A DNA stretch of 64,000 nt, taken from assembly GCF_963921235.1 (NCBI RefSeq), contig NC_086097.1, positions 136,216,001 to 136,280,000 on the forward strand, written 5' to 3'. Shown one piece after another: positions 12,308-23,834 of this stretch. The notes beneath the pieces were generated by a model that did not search any database, was not told where the DNA came from, and worked only from the letters and a program-made list of their open reading frames with translations. The stretch's first letter is position 1, and each line of letters opens with the position of its first letter. The translations under genes were made by a program, and so were the position numbers. Source of the stretch: Mobula hypostoma. Taxonomy: Eukaryota.

Positions 12308-12929
12308 TACCGGAGTGATTGATAAGTTCGTGGCCTACAGTAGGATTCAATTTTAGAAAACCTAGCACATTTATTTTTCAGCATAATCCCCTCCTACATG
12401 TACACACTTAGTCCAGCGGTCGTGAAGCATACAGATCCCTTCTTTGTAGAAGTGGTACACAGCAGGGGTGATTGATAAATTCGTGGCCTAAGGTAGAAGG
12501 AGATGACTTATTAACTTCAAACTTTCTGCATTATCACTCAAAGAGTTGAATTGCACGTGCATGTAACAAGAGCGTTTTGGACCTCCAGGTGGTCCATAGC
12601 AGGGGTGATTGATAAGTTCGTGTCCTCGGGTAGAAGGAGATGAGTTATACAGCTCTCATTACGTGCACGTGCAGTCCAACTCTTTGAGTGAAAATGCAGG
12701 AAGTTTGAAGTTTCTCCTCATTCCCTTCTACTTTAGGCCACGAACTTATCAATCACCCCTGCTGTGGACCACTTCTGGAGGTCCAAGATGCCGACTTCTA
12801 CAAAGAAGGGATCCGTATGCTCCACAACCGCTGGACTAAGTGTGGAAATGTAGGAAAAATAAATGTGCTGGGTTTTTTAAAATTGACTCCTTCTACCTTA
12901 GGCCACGAACTTATCAATCACCCCTCATA
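12308..12929. mobile_element. Palindromic mariner-derived MITE with five TIR copies
   Basis: TA-bounded; TIR ggggtgattgataagttcgtggcct forward at about 12312, 12465, 12602 and reverse at about 12735-12760, 12900-12924; both arms carry the mariner transposase C-terminus (FYKEGIRMLHNRWTKC). Confidence 0.8.
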
Positions 12930-13879
12930 CAAGGTCAAAATCAAAGTACGTTTATTATCGAAGTATTCATATCTCACCATATACCATCTTGAGATTCATT
13001 ACCTTGCAGGCATTTACAAAAAAATAAAGAAATTCTTATATCAATTTATGGTATTGCTTGCACTGTTGTAACTATATGCTGTAATTATGTGGTTTTTGTC
13101 AGTTTTTTTAGCCTTGGTTTGTCTTGTATTTCTATGATATCATTCTGGAGGAACAAATTGTATCATTTCTTCATGCATGCAATACTAAATGACAATAAAA
13201 GAGGACTGCGTGTCCTCATAATCTAATCTAATCTAAATTCAATAAAGGAAAAACTATGCATTAATAAAGATTGGCAAGCAACCAATGTACAAAAAAAAAG
13301 ACAAATTGAGCAATCAATAAGTAAATAATACTGAGAACATGAGTCATAGAGTCCTTAAAAGTGATGAGGGACCTAAGTACTTCCTGCTTGATGGTACTAG
13401 TGCAAAGAAAGCATAGCCTGGATGGCGGGTGTCTTTGATGAGGGATATTGCTTTCTTGGTCAGGATGGTCAGAGCCTGGATGAGTAAGTAGCGTGGTATG
13501 CTGATGATATGAAGTATAGATGTTTAGTATAGATGTTTAGAGTGGTGGATGGAATGCAGCCAAGCAGACTGCTTTGATCTGGGTAGTACTGAGATTCTTG
13601 AGTATTGCTGGGACTGCCAGCAAATGCAGCGTATTCCATCACAATCCCAGCTAATGCCTTATACATTTGGAAGTGCTTTGGAGGTGAGTCACTTGCCACA
13701 GGATACCCAGTCTCTGACCTGCTCTTGCAGCCTGGGTATGTGTGTGGGTGCTGTTGTGTTCTGGTCAATGTTAACTTCAGTGACTGTAGGCTCTTTGCCG
13801 CTGTTGCTCACTAACCCAGGGAGAGATACCAAGAAAGAATTGGTTACTGAAGCAGCTTTAAATTCCTCAGTGCAATCAT

Positions 13880-14520
13880 TTCAGAGGACCTGTCCTGTGT
13901 CTAGCACATAAGTACCATTATGAAGAAAGAACAGTTGCAGCTCTACTTTCTTCGGAGTTTGCAAAGGTTCTGCACGTCATCTAAAACTTTGACAAATGTC
14001 TATTGATATGCGGTGGAGAGTATATTGATTGGTTACATTAAAGCCTGGTATAGAAACAACAATGTCTTTGAATGGAAAAGCCTACAAAAAGTAGTGGATG
14101 CAGCCCAGCCCATCACAGGTAAAAACATTCCCACCACTAAGCACATCTACACAGAGCACTGTTGCTAGCAAGCAGCATCCATCCTCAAGGACCCCCACCA
14201 TCCAGGCAATGGTCTCTTCCCTCTGCTGCCATCAGGAAGGGAGGTACAGGATCCTCAAGATCCACACCACCAGGTTTCAAGAATAATTATCCCTCAAACA
14301 TCAGGCTCCTGAACCAGGGAGGATAACTTCACTCAACTTCACTCACCCCATCACTGAACTGTTGTCACAGCTAATGGATTCACTTTCAAGTACTCTTCAT
14401 CTCATTGTTCTTGATATGTATTGATTGGCTGACTATTTATTTATCTATCTATTTATTTCTGTATGCATGTACAGTATTTATATTTTTTTCTTTTTATGTG
14501 CGTAGTTTATCGTCTTTTGC
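13880..14520 (+). mobile_element. Rex1/Babar LINE 3' fragment
   Basis: Homologous to 1489-1875 (aaggacccccaccatccagg..ctgccatcaggaagg..caccaccaggtt). Confidence 0.75.
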
Positions 14521-15080
14521 ACATCAGTAAAAATCATCTTCCAACTCCTACCTCAGCCCTCTCTCTTTTTTTTTGACAATCTTCCCTGTATAGTCTCATT
14601 GCAGATGCAGGGTCTTGACCTGAAATGTTAACCATCTCTTTGCCTCCACAACTGCTCTCTGACATAGTGGGTTCCACCAGCAGTTTGTTGCTCCAAATTC
14701 CAGCATCTGCTCTCTATGGTATCTCCTTCTTTCCTGTGTTATCTGCCTCAGGAGAGCAGCATCACTAGAGGCTCAATGGCCCCCACACAAATATTGGGAT
14801 CCCTAGAGCAAGTTAGAGGCTGGGAATCTTGCTGGGAGTGACTCACATCTTCACACCCCATGGTCTGGCGCAAGTTCACAGCATGATAGGATACCCTCCA
14901 CACCTGGATTCACAGCCCTCCGAATGGAGAGGGAGGGGATGTCTCGCCATGTCATTCCTCCCTCGACGTGCATCCAAGACTCGACTGTCTCACTGCTTCT
15001 GCAACTGACTTGTCCTTCCAGGCCTTCTGTGGGAAACTGACAAAAGAATACTGATTTGGCCTGTACTTCCTCCCTATTTT

Positions 15081-15082
<2 letters not shown>

Positions 15083-15150
<68 letters not shown>
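15083..15150. repeat. (TG)n microsatellite
   Basis: Near-perfect TG run with one TA interruption. Confidence 0.97.
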
Positions 15151-15779
15151 GTGCATCATGCTAAAGGATAATTGTTCTTTTTTGTCCATACTTCTTCCCT
15201 GCCATGTGTTTGTGTGTACCGTTTCTGTAAGTGTATGAGTACACACTTGCACCCTGTTCTAAATTAAACTTTTTTTCTGCTCTAATTGTGTTTTCTCGCA
15301 GAAGAAGCGTGTATTTATGTTTCTTGTGAATGCTGCTTATATGATGCTATGTGCCTCTGATACTGCAGTAAGCTTTTCACTGCAACTGTGCACACATATC
15401 CTTGTGCATGATGATAAACTCAACTTTGACTTCGATATGTGTGTTTTCTGCATGTTTTTGTGTGTGTGCACATGTGTCTGTGTGTCCCTATCTAAAGGAT
15501 GTTCACTTGGTCCGTTCCCCTCCCCTCCCCTGTGCCAGTGGAGACGTTGTTATCGCAGAAGGCTGATTGCCTCTCACTGCAGGATTCTCCGTCTGATGAC
15601 AACCGGTGTTGCAATAAATCTGCAAGCGGAAGGAACTGTTTCCAGACGGTGGCTAAACATGGTGATGGTTAAAGGATGAGCCAACAGAGCGAGGCTTTGA
15701 TCTTGAAATTAAATTATTCTTGAACCAATGAACCCAATTCAAGCCTTAAGCTGCGTTCATTTCATCCTAAACCATTCTG

Positions 15780-16125
15780 AGAAATAGTGAGTGTAAGAAC
15801 ATGAGCAAGAAAGAGCGAGGAGGAAAAGTGAGAGACAAAGATAGCAAAAGTGTGTGAGTGAGAGAAAATCAAACGAATTAAATGTGAAAAGGAGAATGTG
15901 AGAAAGAGTGGGTGAATGAGAGGGAATAACTGAGGGAAACAGACTGTGTGTGAAAAGAGTGATAGAGAGAGAGAGAAAATGATAGAGAGGCAGAACAAGA
16001 AAGAGAGAGAATCTAGGAATTGTTGATAGAAACAGAGGAAAGGAAAGAGAGTGGAAGAATGTGCATGTATGTGAGAGAAAGAGAGAGAGAGTGATAGAGA
16101 GAGACAGAGACAGATAGAGAGAGAG
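15780..16125. repeat. GA-rich low-complexity tract
   Basis: Degenerate (GA)n/(GAGT)n purine-rich sequence. Confidence 0.8.
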
Positions 16126-16189
16126 GTTGGGAGGGGACTGAATTGGTCATTCAGTACACATTCCTCAATCAACATCTATTATCACTGCG

Positions 16190-16290
16190 TGTTTGTGGGA
16201 TCTTGCTGTACTTCTAATATTATAACGGTGACCACACCAATTGCTCCTCTGAATGTCAAGCACCCTGGGGTGTTGGAGACACTGTGAGCT
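16190..16290 (+). mobile_element. Deu-domain (SacSINE1/AmnSINE-like) SINE remnant
   Basis: gtttgtgggatcttgctgt..ttataacggtgaccacac resembles the Deu domain as I recall it; similar remnants at about 26810-26870(+) and 53560-53665(-). Confidence 0.4.
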
Positions 16291-16544
16291 TGCACGTCCT
16301 CATCCAGCACCGATTGTTTGCTGCTGTGACTTTGTGTTGTTGAATGGGAATCAAATGTTTGCTTTCTGTTGTCATCAAGAAGGATACGAGCTGGAGATAC
16401 TTTTAAATCCCTTTTGATGTTTACCACTGGCCTGTCAGGAGCAAACATCCAGGCCTACGTGTTTGAAGAAACCAAGTTAGCTTTGTAGCTGTGATGTGGA
16501 TCTGTTGTCACCTGATGCTGGGGTTGTGGTGATCCCCTGATTAT

Positions 16545-19122
16545 AAACACAAAATACTCTGCAGATACTGGGGTCAAAGCAACAATCACAACACGCTGGA
16601 GGAACTCAGCAGGTCGGGCAGCATCCGTGGAAACGATGAGTCAACATTTCAGGCCGAATAGTGGCCAAAGGACCTAGGGTAATGGACGAACTGAAGGAAA
16701 TTTATATTAGGCAAGAAATGGTGTTGGATAGACTGTTGGGTCTGAAGGCTGGTAAGTCCCCGGGACCTGATGGCCTGCATCCCAGGGTACTTAAGGAGGT
16801 GGCTTTAGAAATCGTGGACGCATTGGTAATCATTTTCCAATGTTCTATAGATTCAGGATCAGTTCCTGTGGATTGGAGGGTGGCTAATGTTGTCCCTCTC
16901 TTCAAAAAGGGAGGAAGAGAGAAAACACGGAATTTTAGACCGGTTAGCCTGACATTGGTGGTGGGAAAGATGCTGGAGTCAATTATAAAAGATGAAATTA
17001 TGACACATCTGGATAGCAGTAACAGGATCGGTCTGAGTCAGCATGGATTTACGAAGGGGAAATCATGTTTGACTAATCTTCTGGAATTTTTTGTGGATGT
17101 AACTATGAAAATGGACAAGGGAGAGCCAGTGGATGTAGTGTACCTGGACTTTCAGAAGCCTTTGATAAAGTCCCACATAGGAGATTAGTGGGCAAAATTA
17201 GGGCACATGGTATTGTGGGCAGAGTACTGACAAGGATTGAAAATTGGCTGGCTGACAGAAAACAAAGAGTAGCGATTAACGGGTGCCTTTCAGAATGGCA
17301 GGCGGCGACCAGTGGGGTACCGCAGGGTTCAGTGCTGGGACCGCAGCTGTTTACAATATATATTAATGATTTAGATGAGGGAATTAAAAGTAACATTAGC
17401 AAATTTGCCGATGACACAAAGCTGGGAGGCAGTGTTGAATGTGAGGAGGATGTTATGAGAATGCAGGGTGACTTGGACAGGCTGGGTGAGTGGGCAGATG
17501 CATGGCAGATGCAGTTTAATGTGGATAAATGTGAGGTTATCCACTTTGGTGGTAAGAACAGCAAGGCAGATTATTATCTAAATGGAGTCAAGTTAGGAAA
17601 AGGGGAAGTACAACGAGATCTAGGTGTTCTTGCACATCAGTCACTGAAAGCAAGCATGCAAGTACAGCAGGCAGTGAAGAAAGCTAATGGCATGCTGGCC
17701 TTCATAACAAGGGGAATTGAATATAAGAGCAAAGAGGTCCTTCTGCAGTTGTACAAGGCCCTGGTGACACCACACCTGGAGTACTGTGTGCAGTTTTGGT
17801 CTCTAAATTTGAGGAAGGACATTCTTGCTATTGAGGGAGTGCAGTGTAGGTTCACAAGGTTAATTTCCGGGATGGCGGGACTGACATATGTCGAAAGGTT
17901 GGAGCGACTGGGCTTGTATACTCTGGAATTTAGAAGGCTGAGAGAGGATCTGGTTGAAACATATAAGATTATTAAGGGATTGGACACGCTGGAGGCAGGA
18001 AGCATGTTCCCGCTGATCAGTGAGTCCAGAACCAGAGGCCACAGTTTAAGAATAAGGGGTAGGCCATTTAGAAAGGAGTTGAGGAAAATCTTTTTTTACC
18101 GAGAGAGTGGTGAATATATGGAATGCTCTGCCCCAGAAGGCTGCGGAGGCCAAGTCTCTGGATGCTTTCGAGAAAGAGATGGATAGAGCTCTTAAAGATA
18201 GAGGAATCAAAGGTTATGGGGATAAGGCAGGAACTGGATACTGATTGTGGATGATCAGCCATGATCACAGTGAACAGTGGTGCTGGCTCGAAGGGCCAAA
18301 TGGCCTACTCCTGCACCTATTGTCTATTGTCTATTATTGTCTATTGACTGAAGAGGGAAGGGGCAGAGGCCCTATAAAGAAGGTGGGGGGGGGGTGGGAA
18401 GGAGAAGGCCGGTAGGTTCCAGGTGAAAAACCAGTAAGGGGAAAGATAAAGGGGTGGGGGGGGGGAACAGGGAGGTGATAAGCAGGAAAAGTGAAGAAGG
18501 AATAGGGGAAAACACAATGGGTAGTAGAAGGAGGCAGAACCATGAGGGAGGTGATAGGCAGCTGGGGGAGGGGGCAGAGTGACATAGGGATAGAGGAAGG
18601 GAGGGGGAGGGAATTACCGGAAGCTGGAGAATTTTATGTTCTTACCAAGGGGCTGGCAACTACCTAAGATGGTATATGAGGTGTTGCTCCTCCAACCTGA
18701 GTTTAGCCTCAATATGGCAGTAGAGGAGGCCATGTATGGACATATCTGAATGGGAGTGGGAAGCAGAGTTGAAGTGGGTGGCTACCAGGAGATCCTGTCT
18801 GTTGTGGCGGACGGAGTGGAGGTGCTCGACGAAGCGGTCCCCCAATCTGCGTTGGGTTTCACCGATGTAGAGGAGGCCGCACCGGGAGTACCGGATGCAA
18901 TAGATGACCCCAACAGACTCACAGGGGAAGTGTTGCCTCACCTGGAAGGATTGTTTGGGCCCCTGAATGGTGGCAAGAGAGGAGATGTGGGGACAGGTGT
19001 AGCACTTACACTTACGGGGATAAGTGCCGGGTGGGAGATCCGTGGGGAGGAACGTGTGGAGCAGGGAGTTGCGGAGGGACCGATCCCTGCGGAAAGCGGA
19101 GAGGGGTGGAGAGGGATAATCA
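16545..19122 (-). mobile_element. Penelope-like element (GIY-YIG endonuclease + pLTR), 5'-truncated, interrupted by CR1
   Basis: ORF 18660-19268 contains CKCYTC..FPCESVGVIYCIRYSRCGLLYIGETQRRLGDRFVEHL..HFNSASH..EEQHLIYHL; perfect TSD gatcccctgattat at 16531-16544 and 19123-19136. Confidence 0.92.
16658..18346 (+). mobile_element. Young CR1 LINE, 5'-truncated, RT with frameshifts
   Basis: ORFs 16661-17188 and 17188-18186 (KSPGPDGLHP, QHGFTKGKSCLTNL, SGVPQGSVLGPQLF, SKFADDTKLGG); (ctattgt)n tail 18317-18346. Confidence 0.96.
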
Positions 19123-20990
19123 GATCCCCTGATTATCTCCTGGGCTTCCTGTCTCTCCTCCATGTTGTTCTCTCCCCCATCACCAGTCCCCGCACCGAAA
19201 GAAATGAAAGGAGGAGGGGCACCAGACGGATGCGATAGGTGGGTGAGGAGAAGGGAAGGAGCAGCCAAAATGGGGAATGGAAAATGCGAGGTGGGGGAGG
19301 GAAGAGAAATTACTGAAAGATGAAGACATCGATGTTCATTTCTAAAAATTAATTCATTTGTTCATTTACAGGATGCAGGTGTCGCCAGCTAAGCCAGCAT
19401 TTATTGCCCATCCCTAGTTGCCTTTGAGAAGATGGTGACGAGCTGAGAAGGTGGTCATACCATCAGGTTAGAGGCTGCCCGACTAGAATGTGATGTGTTG
19501 CTCCTCCAACCCGAGAGTGGCCTCGCCGTGGCAACAGAGGAGGCCATGGACCAAGATGTCGGGGTGGGAATAGAAAGTGGAATTAAAAGGAAAGGCCACC
19601 AGGAAATCCTGCCTGTTGCAGAAGGCGCTCGACAGCCTCCAGATGCTCAGCTACCTGTCGTTGTGCCTTAGGTTTCCAGCATCAGCACTGCTTTGGTTTT
19701 TCAAGGGTTAATGAGTCACAGAATTGCAAAGAGACATATCACAGAAACAGGCCCTTCAGCCCATTGATTCTGCACTGACCATCAACCACCCACTTATACT
19801 AATTTTACACTAACCTCGTTTTATTCTCCCCACATTCCTGTCAATTTACCCCAGATTCTACCACTCACCAACACACGGGGGGTAATATACAGAGGCCAAC
19901 CTGCACACCTTTGGAATGTGGGAGGAAAGCAGACCACCCATATTGAACCTGGGTCTCTGGAGCTATGAATCACCCCATATTTTATTGTAATTTGCATTGC
20001 ATTCTGGGAGGAATATTTAGCTCACAGCCCGCGCATTGCAGACCACCTGCTCACCTTCCAACTCACATCTTTGTTGTTTCCAGCAGCTAATTAAAATAGA
20101 TATTTCTCCCCAAACAAATGCCTAAATCCCTAAATTACTCTGCAGATTGATATCTGTCTGGGACTCAGGGAAGGTGAATGAACACACACATTACCTCCCA
20201 GACTTTAGGGGTTAGTAAACTAGAATTAAACTCTTATGAGGTAGATAAGGAGCCAATAAATTCACAGTTAAATTGAAAAACTCAAGTGTCAGATAAGAGT
20301 TTAAGGATTAGGAAAACTGTTTGCAGTTCTATGCCAGGGGGCTGCTTAATTAATGAAGGAGTTGCCACAGTCTAGTGCTTGGGAATGATTTTTATCTCTC
20401 AGGAAGTGGAATAATTCCGAGTCAATCAATTGATGTTGGGTCAACAGAATGAGTTTGAAAGACCTTTACCATGAAATACTTTACAACATGCTTTCTTTGC
20501 TTTAGCTGTATTGGTTAGAGATTAAAGGACGTTCTGTTTGACTGCATACAATGGAGGAGCTTGACAGGAAACGTCCATCTGACCTTTTCTGTCCATTGTG
20601 AGGTTGTTAACAAGGTGGGGAGAGGCCATTGAACTGAAGGTAGATTGATATGAATGAAGGGTAATGTTTCTGGGCCCCAAGACACTGGCGGGAATCTGTA
20701 TTTGAGGTGATTGCAGTTCGCGCTCTCATCAGGAGCTGCTGGAAGGTCAACGTCTCAGCAGAAGAAGTCCTTGGGTCTGCCCGAAATTTGTTTGTCTTCC
20801 ATCGCAGCGAGATGTCCATTGGTATTGTTGATAACTGGCACATTCCAGGCTACAGGAGGTACGCTTGGCTTTGCCAATGCAAAGGCTCTGTGGGTTAGGA
20901 CCAGTTGCGTTTAAGGGGAAGAACCTCAAACAATGAAATGGTGTATCATCCCAGGGGGCTACATGGGGCAATGAAGCTATGGTTTGTATA

Positions 20991-21079
20991 CACGAGGAAT
21001 TCTGCAAATGCTAGAAATTCAAGCAACACACATCAAAGTTGCTGGTGAACGCAGCAGGCCAGCAACTTTGATGTGTGCT
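20991..21079. mobile_element. 89-bp Penelope-derived hairpin insertion (no hammerhead)
   Basis: Perfect TSD gctatggtttgtata at 20976-20990 and 21080-21094; arms cacacatcaaagttgctgg / ccagcaactttgatgtgtg. Confidence 0.85.
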
Positions 21080-22177
21080 GCTATGGTTTGTATATATTCT
21101 TTTAGTTAGTCCCCAGCCCTTTTATCAATTACCCCTTCACAGCAATGCACTGTAAACACTTCTTATAATGCTCTTTACATTGTAAATATATTATGGTATT
21201 TATATATTTATGCACATTTTATTCCATATCCATATTTTAACCTCTATAGTTTATATAATTCTTTAGTCTTTTGAATTGTTGAAAATTGTTGCTTTTTTTT
21301 GTTGCATGTCATGTCAACACTCCACAGCAAATTCCTAATACATACAATTCCTAATAATGTTGATCCCATGATCCTTGATCCTAGATCTTTTTTGAAATAC
21401 AAAAAAAGTACAGGCTGAATTAGGGTTCTTATGCCTTCCCCTACTTCCATTGCTTTGCATTGATGTACAGGCAACAACATCCTGGAATGTTTTAAATATA
21501 AAAGTTTTTTTACATTTTTATTGGCCCCAGGCTTGGAAAGGATTTCTGGGAATAGTGGGACAGAACCCCTCCCCCCCCCAACATGTTGGGAAGATCCTTG
21601 TGTAAAGTCAGATAACACATTGTCCATCTATACTTTAGGAGACAATATGGAAGTTAATATTGATTAGGTATGGAGGGAAGGACCTCTGTGTTGTTCCACT
21701 TAAAATGGCTAAATACTAGAAGTCCTTTGGAAGTACCAGTCCTGGCCAATGTTCTCACATCTCTCCACTTGTTGCCAGTTTTACATGCATTCCAAAAGAC
21801 AGAAACTATCGGAAACACTCAGCAGGTCAGGCAGAATCTGAGGAGTGGGAGACAGGATTAATGTTTCCGATCAATTACTTTACCTCAGATTTTGTTTCAG
21901 AGAGGCAGTGACTTTATATCCTTTGACAAGTCTTCTACACCAGTACTCTCTTACAACGTTTCGCTCTCTTAGCGACTACAGTGAATTACGTTCAGCTGGC
22001 AGACACAACCAGACTATTCAGCCCCTCTGCTCCTAACCAACATTTCAGCCCTGCACTTGCCTCCCCCGCAGTTCTTCACCTTCTCCCGTATCACCTTGGC
22101 CCTCTCCAACTTGTGTGGGTAATCACGTTTGCTTAAATCCATCTCTGTGGTTCACCTCTAACATTCCCTGTGGGAGT

Positions 22178-22308
22178 AAACACAAAATAATCTGCAGATG
22201 CTGGAGACAATGCAACACTCACGAAGGGTTCCGGCCCAAAACGTCGACCGATCTTTTCCACGGATGCTGCCCGACCTGCTGATTTCCTCCAGCGTGTAGA
22301 GAGTGTTG
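22178..22308. mobile_element. 131-bp Penelope-derived mini-element with inverted arm and mutated hammerhead
   Basis: Perfect TSD ccctgtgggagt at 22166-22177 and 22309-22320; acgaagggttccggcccaaaacgtcgacc at about 22221-22249. Confidence 0.85.
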
Positions 22309-23015
22309 CCCTGTGGGAGTGAGTTCCTATTCTCCATGGGCAGGGACAACTCCTGAGTTTCCTTTGGGAATTTTTTGAGGCTTTCTTATACGACGGCTGG
22401 TTGTGTCCCTTGGTGGAAATATCCCCTGTGTGTCTGCTGCATCTCAAAGCCTCTGTGTTGTTATTATTACCATTATCATCGGTTGTTCATGAGAGTGGGT
22501 TTGGTCCCGCTGGAACTTGGTATCTGGATGCCCTGATTTGCTTTGATCAGAGTCAGAATCAGGTTTAATATCACTGGCATATGTCTTGAAATTTGCTAAT
22601 TTAGCAGCAGCAGTACAATGCAGTACATGATAATAGAGAGAAGATGCTGTGAATTAGAGTAGGTATATATATAAAAAATAGTTAAATTAAATAAGTACTG
22701 CAAAAAATAGAAATAAAAAAAGTAATAAGGTAGTGTTCATCGGTTCAATGTCCATTCAGAAATCTGATGGTGGACGGGAAGAGGCCGTTGCTGAACAAAT
22801 GAGTGTCTGCCTTCAGGCTTCTGTACCTCCTTCCTGATGGTAGCAATGAGAGTAGGGCACGTCCTGGGTGGAGTGCGTCTTCAATGATGGACGCCAGAAA
22901 TCTGGATCACCCCCCGTTAGTGAATGACAGAAAATTGACTTTCAGACCACGCTGATGTCCAGCTTGGAATCCGATTCCACTCGCTAGCATCCTTTCACAA
23001 TATTAGAAGGATCCG

Positions 23016-23205
23016 AGCAACACCCACAAAAAATGCTGGTGAACGCAGCAGGCCAGGCAGCATCTATGTGTCCTGACGAAGGGTCCCGGCCCGAAACGTC
23101 GACTGTGCCTCTTCCTATAAATGCTGCCTGGCCTGCTGCGTTCACCAGCACTTTTTGTGTGTGTTGCTTGAATTTCCAGCATCTGCAGATTTCCTCCTGT
23201 CTGCG
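23016..23205 (+). mobile_element. 190-bp Penelope-derived mini-element, hammerhead inside a long hairpin
   Basis: TSD attagaaggatccg (23002-23015) / attagaaagatccg (23206-23219); about 50-bp inverted arms 23016-23068 vs 23117-23169. Confidence 0.9.
23070..23103 (+). ncRNA. Minimal type-I hammerhead ribozyme motif (intact core)
   Basis: gtc CTGACGA a gggt cccg gccc GAAA C GTC gac; predicted cleavage after 23100; helix III reduced to palindromic ACGT. Confidence 0.8.
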
Positions 23206-23706
23206 ATTAGAAAGATCCGCCCTGTATTCCAGCAATCCTTTCCAAACCTGGGCCAAATATCGAAGATGGCCCTCTTTACTGAGTTTCCTCAGCTAATCTT
23301 TTTTTTTGTATTGCAAAAATAGACTTTATGCATAATATATGTAGTAAATACAGTTGGTACACATCTTTCTCTACATTAAGTATATAATCAATTCAATATA
23401 TTTTCTTAAAATACTGTAGGTCATCACTATTCACATTTCCTCTTTAAACAGTGCACCCATGAAGTGTTTAAGAAGCTGTTACACCAAACCAAATCCCTCA
23501 GTGTCGAGACAGGTAGAAGTCTAGACTGGAATCACAAGAAACTGTGCCAGATGCTGGAATCTGGAGAGAAAAACAGATTGCTGAATGAACTTAGCAGGTC
23601 AGGCAGCATATGTGGAGGCTTAGCATGTCATGATTGTGGGGCCTCAACTCAAAACTTCAGCTACCCTTTCCATCTTCAGCTGCTGACTGACCTAATGAAT
23701 TTCTTC

Positions 23707-23834
23707 CTGACGAAGGGTCTCGGCCTGAAACGTCGACTGTACCTCTTCCTAGAGATGCTGCCTGGCCTGCTGCGTTCACCAGCAACTTTGATGTGTGTTG
23801 CTTGAATTTCCAGCATCTGCAGAATTCCTGTTGT
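23707..23834 (+). mobile_element. 128-bp Penelope-derived mini-element starting exactly at the hammerhead core, nested in an older related repeat (about 23533-23865)
   Basis: Perfect TSD taatgaatttcttc at 23693-23706 and 23835-23848; insert begins CTGACGAagggtctcggcctGAAACGTCgactg. Confidence 0.9.

Noticed and set aside
12308..12929. Spaced about 25-bp repeats resembling a CRISPR array
   Set aside because: Mixed orientations, intervening sequences are inverted copies of each other, eukaryotic context, no cas genes; explained as mariner TIRs.
14851..16175. HT-, CV- and SL-repeat ORFs
   Set aside because: Translations of the (TG)n and GA-rich tracts.
20607..20914. Overlapping short ORFs in unique sequence
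   Set aside because: No recognisable domain in any frame and no convincing splice pair.
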